In this document: positions 63,642-64,000 of the stretch, in pieces
How positions within the stretch are numbered: position 1 is the first letter of the stretch
Layout of the letters: the number at the start of each line of letters is the position of its first letter
DNA from: Roseibacillus sp.
Lineage (GTDB): Bacteria; Verrucomicrobiota; Verrucomicrobiia; Verrucomicrobiales; Akkermansiaceae
Length of the DNA stretch: 64,000 bases
Reading direction: 5' to 3'
Assembly: GCA_965242925.1 (NCBI GenBank)
Contig: CBDEUM010000014.1
Span: 384,001-448,000, forward strand
Translations under genes and position numbers: made by a program
The notes under the pieces: generated by a model
Databases searched by the model: none
What the model saw: the letters and a program-made list of their open reading frames with translations, nothing else
What the model was told of the DNA's origin: nothing

Positions 63642-63749
63642 ATGACACGTAAATCCATTGAGGCTACCGCGAAGTACTTCATCTGGGGACTCTTTGTCTT
63701 CTTCCTCCTCGTCATATTCAAGGTTCTGGAAATGATGGGGCTTGGCTAG
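63642..63749 (+). CDS. 35-aa single-TM small protein (below the ORF-track cutoff)
   Basis: MTRKSIEATAKYFIWGLFVFFLLVIFKVLEMMGLG*; -10-like GCTATATA upstream. Confidence 0.55.
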   Translation: MTRKSIEATAKYFIWGLFVFFLLVIFKVLEMMGLG

Positions 63750-64000
63750 GAAGTGACCGGCGTTCCCCTGAAAAGGGAAAGGGTAGCCTCCTTCAAAGAG
63801 CCTCCCCCCGGGTATCCCCTCTGCATGGCGACCAATCTATTGAGCCGCCGGAATGATTCCCAGGCTCCCGGCCAGTTCCAGATCTTCACAATTGACGCTC
63901 CCCACGGGGATACGGGGGCATTCCAGCTACCTAAGAACTAATTCCGCTTTCTTCTCATATGCACAAACTTCCATCACGCCGCTCCACGCGGGCAATGAAG

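Noticed and set aside
63753..64000. Short ORF and possible gene end at the right edge
   Set aside because: Too little sequence to assign a frame or function.

Overview
GC-rich, densely packed bacterial chromosome segment, most likely Verrucomicrobiota (Verrucomicrobiales-like; inferred from the L28 type, dapL, SHD1 and DUF1080 proteins and PVC-style secreted proteins). It is mostly core and accessory genes: dnaE (cut off at the left edge), glnB, dapL, sod, rmuC, ispH, rpsB-tsf, mazG, pckG, folP, rpmB, ruvA, nuoA, secG and panD. I found no rRNA, tRNA, CRISPR array, integrase or transposase. Highlights: (1) a signal-peptide BCP/PrxQ peroxiredoxin that the ORF track splits in two because its peroxidatic codon is an in-frame UGA followed by a bacterial-SECIS-like hairpin, so it is a probable selenoprotein; (2) this gene shares a CATG start with the divergent apbE, and each gene's apparently leaderless promoter lies inside the other's coding sequence; (3) a glycoside-oxidation-type cluster (three Gfo/Idh/MocA, two of them with Tat signals, a double DUF1080 protein and an MFS transporter) next to a non-catalytic FGE-fold protein with a flavinylation-like DVVSQPT motif and ApbE, a candidate undescribed periplasmic redox module; (4) a perfect (GACCAC)26 tract encoding a 28x Asp-His loop in a YcgR-like permease; (5) a consensus sigma-54 promoter for glnB inside the upstream ORF; (6) a stand-alone OvoA-type methyltransferase operon, widespread leaderless-type promoters, a structured rpsB leader, a candidate rod-like ncRNA and a 35-aa unannotated membrane protein. 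All family assignments come from recognising motifs by eye, not from database searches.
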